From the human T2T-CHM13v2.0 reference genome, Homo sapiens: DNA of 64,000 nucleotides. The translations under genes and the position numbers were made by a program. This document shows, in pieces, positions 59,900 to 64,000 of the stretch. The notes below the pieces were generated by a model. That model searched no databases and had not been told where the DNA came from. It saw nothing but the letters and a program-made list of their open reading frames with translations. How positions within the stretch are numbered: position 1 is the first letter of the stretch; each line of letters begins with the position of its first letter. The stretch is taken from NCBI RefSeq assembly GCF_009914755.1, contig NC_060940.1, one strand, 5' to 3'.

Positions 59900-60585
59900 T
59901 AGTTTCTTACTCCTTGGAGTTTCTTGATGTTAGCCCTATCTGCCCTGGGTTCTGAGTCAGCCATCAAGATGAGTGAATCTTGTCTCGCAATCCCTAAGTA
60001 CAGATTGAAATAATTTCTCAATTGTTTATTAATTTGTTACCCTTGTAGAGGAGCTGTTTAAAAATAAACTGGAGGGTTTGTCTCTGTTGTTCTTAAAGGC
60101 AGCATATAATATACAGAGCTTCTGCCAGTCTGAACTGGCTAACAGTTTATACCCTAAACTCATTCAGAATGCCTGGGATATTTCTAAAGGTTCAGTTTGG
60201 GCAGCGGCAGCTGAGAATGCAGTGATAAATAAAAAAGTCATAAGACACGGCTGATGGGGTTTGTCTGTGTTCATTCACACCCATGACTCACTCGGCTTTT
60301 GAAGACACAGAATTTCGAAGGACAACCAGATGGTGGCTGTTTAAACTGCAGCACTAAAACTCCAATCTTAATGTATTTCAGCTAATTGCAAAATGGAGTT
60401 ACCCTTGTAAATTGAGATATAGAAAGAAAATACGAATAGATCTATAAATACATATGAATAACACATAAACTAAGGCTTACTCAATGATTTAAAGAAAACC
60501 TGCTTAAATATTTGTTTTAAAATATTATATTTTCCAGTTTTTCTGCAGTAACTGCATTACTTGTGTGATAACAAATAATTTTATA

Positions 60586-60880
60586 GCCGGGCATGGTGGC
60601 TCATGCCTGTAATCCCAGCAGTTTGGGAGGCTGAGGCGGGCGGATCACTTGAGCTCAGGAGTTCGAGACCAGCCTAAGCAACATGGTGAAACCCCATCTC
60701 TACCAAGGACACAAAAAATTAGCCAGGCGTGGTGGTGCATACCTGTGGTCCCAGTTACTTGGGAGGCTGAGGTGGGGGGGATCACCTGAGCCCAGGAGGC
60801 AGAGGCTGCAGTGAGCTGAGATCACATCACTGCACTCCAGCCTGGGCAATAGAGCGAGACCCCATCTCAAAAAATAATAA
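60586..60880 (+). mobile_element. Alu (AluJ)
   Basis: TSD aataattttat. Confidence 0.9.
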
Positions 60881-61754
60881 TAATTTTATTGAATATTTAT
60901 TATGTGCCATACAATATGTACCATTTCGTTTCATCCTTGAATTCTACCAAAAGGAAAGTCTTCCTATCCTCCTTTTATGGATGAGAGAGCTGAGGCTTCC
61001 AAGATGTTGAGAGACTTGTTCAGGCCACCCAGTTGGTAAATGGTGGTAGGATTCAAAGCCGGAGCTGCCTTCTCCCAAGTGGTGTGCTCTAAGCAGCTAA
61101 GCTGTGCTTGGATGGCTCCATTGCTAGGTTTGATTTGGTGGCTTCCTTCCCCTGTCAATACCTCAGTTTTCACCTATTAAAAACAAGCCTTTTATTGAAT
61201 CTCTCTTTTTCCAGGAATCAAGACCCTTTACGGGGTCAAACCTTGATAATCCCATGGTTCTGTCTCAATATAACCAATGTTGCCACTCCCACGCCAAATG
61301 TTTCCATTTAAAATACTGCCTTCAAGGAGACTTTGCTCTGGATTAACTTTAGTAACTGTTTGGAAGTCAACAACAGAAAGCTGCAATTACTGCTCATTCA
61401 AGGCTGTCACGTTCTCCCGGAATGCCTTGTGGCTTCCAAGTTGGCTTAATTTTCCCAAAAATAATGCAACACAGCATCTGGTACTGTCAAGAAATGGAGG
61501 TAAATTTACCAGGCTACTGACATTTACGCCCTGAATGTCAACATGTATTTCTTTGTAGAAAGGAATCTTCCACAATTTGTTCTTCTAGTTGGGGGCAGAG
61601 GGGCATAGATTTTTTTTTTCTTTTTTTCCTGTATTCTTCGAATTTTCTATAATGTATTGCTCTTCATGGAAAAATAAAATCTCGGTAATATATATAATAC
61701 ACTCCCCTGCCTTTCTAACTTTAGGGACCAATTCTTACTCCAAGGTGGTGTCAG

Positions 61755-61990
61755 ATGATGGTTAAGACCATGGGTTTTGGAGTCAAAAGATACCAAGATC
61801 AGAATCTTGGTGTGGCCATTTACTTAACTCTGTGACCTTGGGCACGTTGCTTAGTATCTCTGAGCCTCAATTTCTCAGTCAGTAAAATGAAAATGAGGAT
61901 AGCATCTACCTCCCAGGGTGGTTGGGAGAATTGTATGAGATAATTAAGGTAGGTAAAGCCCTGAGCCTAGTGTCCAGCATCTGGCTAGTG
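61755..61990 (+). mobile_element. MIR
   Basis: tgtgaccttgggcacgttgcttagtatctctgagcctcaatttc core. Confidence 0.8.
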
Positions 61991-62119
61991 CAAATTTCCT
62001 GATTAATTCTATGATATTGTCCATAGGGACCCTCTTGGGTGTGTAAGACTCTTTGAGGATCTGACTAAAAAGGTGGGCACATTTTTGTGTCTGTTCTCTT
62101 CCTCCCCATTGTTCCTATT

Positions 62120-63075
62120 TTATTTTTTGTGATTGAGGTGGCACTCACATACAGTGGGGTACACCGGTCACAGTGCAGTGCTCCGTGAAATTCTGTGCAT
62201 GAATCCAACCCAACCACCGCCTGGATCCAGATAGTGAACATGGGCGGCCCCCAGCCAGCTCCCTCATGCCCCACGCGGTGTCCCCTTCCCTTGAGGTAAA
62301 CTCTGTTCTGACTCCTTTCACCATAGAGTAGTTTTGCTTCTTCTCTGCCTAACTGGAAAACACAGAATGAACTCCTTTGTGTCTGGCGTCTGTGTCTTCT
62401 GCTGAACATTATGTCTGGGAGATGCAGCTAACTTGTTGAGGGGTAGCACTCAGTTGATCTTGTATTGTCGTGTTGCTGTTGTAGCATTCCTTTGTATGAT
62501 TATCGTCACAAGCTGTGAATCCAGTCACTTTTTAATGGATTATTGGGTTATATCCACCTTTGGCTATTATGAAAAATGCTGCTACTTTGTTGATTTTATT
62601 ATTATTTTTAGAGATAGGGTCTCTCACTCTGTTTTCCAAGCTGGAGTGCAGTGGTGCAATCATAGCTCACTGCAGCCTTGAACTCCTGGGCTTGAGCCAT
62701 CCTCCAGCCTTGGCCTCCCAAAGTGCTGGGATTATAGGCATGCGCCACCACACCTGGCCCAATGCTGCTGCTTTGAACACTCCTGGATCTGTTTTTTGAC
62801 CGATGTAAATACTCACTTCAGCTGTGGATTTGGAGTTGCTGGGTTATATGTTTAATTCTAAGATATTTCCAACTCGTTTTCCAAAGTGGCTGTACCATTT
62901 TACATCCCCATCAGTGATGCACGAGCAGTCTGCATCTTTACCAACAATGAGTGTGATGAGTCTTCTTTTTCATTTTAACCATTCTGGTGGGTGTGTGGTG
63001 GCTGTCTCATCGTGGCTTTAATTTCCTTAATGACTAATGACGTTGCACACCTTTTTATGTGCTTATCAGCCATTG
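62120..63075 (-). mobile_element. Old L1M fragment containing an Alu monomer (FAM/FRAM-like, about 62595-62759)
   Basis: L1 3' motifs; monomer flanked by aatgctgct(a/g)ctttg TSD. Confidence 0.72.
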
Positions 63076-64000
63076 GGACCGTATTTCATTCCTAAATTCC
63101 TTTCTGCCATTGGGATATCTGATAGGTCAACTTGCCAGAATGATGTTTAAAGAATGAGCACCCATGCTCTGAGTTTGGGGAATACATTCCGGAACATCCA
63201 CATTGGCTTCTTCTGTTTACTTTCAAGTTCTTGGCTGTGTTTGATACCTGAGTTTGCAAAGATAAGTAACGTTCAGATGAGTGACATCTTATGAATTTTA
63301 AAAGATGCTAAATGAACTACTTAGCAGCAATTCAGCTTATATTCCTGCAGTCCACCTGGGGGGAAAGGAAACCACATTTCTTGAGTACCTTCTTCATGTG
63401 CCACATACTGGTGCCACCAGTACCACTGGTACAGTGTACCAGGCACTTTGAATGGATCATCTTTAATCTTCATAAGGACTCTGTGAAGTGGAGATTATTA
63501 TACCTATAGCTCAAATGAGGAAATTGAGGCTGGGGGCAGAGGTGGGGTATCATCCAGCTTTTAAGTGGCAGAGCCAGGATTTGAATACTGCGTCTGCTTG
63601 ATGCCAAAGTGTACCCTTTTATTAGCAAGCACATTGAGGAGGAAACGTTATTTTCCTAGAAATTTGCTAATCAGAAACTTTTCCTAGCAAACATTTCATA
63701 ATTATTTCTGTGAATGGTCACCCCTACTAAGGCCACTCCACTTGTGGGTGGATCTCTTGTCACTGTCACCCCACCCTGGATCTGATGATCGGGGAGTTTC
63801 CCCTGCAGCTTCTGATTGGCCACTTGACACCATTTCTCATCCTTCCTGCCTTTCTCCCATCTTTGGGCTCTAATTGCAGCAATACTGTTTAGGTGTTGAT
63901 TACCCTGAGGGTCTTTTTCTTTTGTCTGGTATATTTTCTGGTGATTCTTTTAGAAAGTTTCCCCCAGTTGTATAGCAATACAGGTATACTGTAGAACATT

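Overview
Human (primate) genomic DNA, GC-moderate and CpG-depleted, with no CpG island. It lies almost entirely within introns of the + strand gene IQCK (IQ motif containing K; chr16p12.3 from recall). Two canonical coding exons are visible: 3640-3724 (PRPPIPLSLLLTEEEAALYIQSFWRACV) and 41825-41936 ([37 protein letters not shown]). They are joined by a ~38.1 kb phase-0 GT-AG intron that splits the IQ motif; upstream exons and the terminal exon lie outside the window. The rest is a dense transposon landscape: about 60 Alu copies or fragments, old L1M/L2/MIR fragments, several solo LTRs (MER51-like, LTR26/47-like, MER57/93-like, LTR8-like, MLT, MST/THE1) and DNA-transposon MITEs (MER85, MADE1, MER1A, MER45A, MER5, MER58, MER3). 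Almost all ORFs in the supplied track are Alu, L1 or low-complexity artefacts. I found no novel multi-gene system. The best leads are candidate alternative IQCK exons and ends (33830-33914, 19812-19929, read-through at 3725 and 41937), inverted Alu pairs around the exon, and intact binding substrates for domesticated transposases (MER85, MADE1). Repeat family names come from recalled consensus sequences, and repeat boundaries are approximate.
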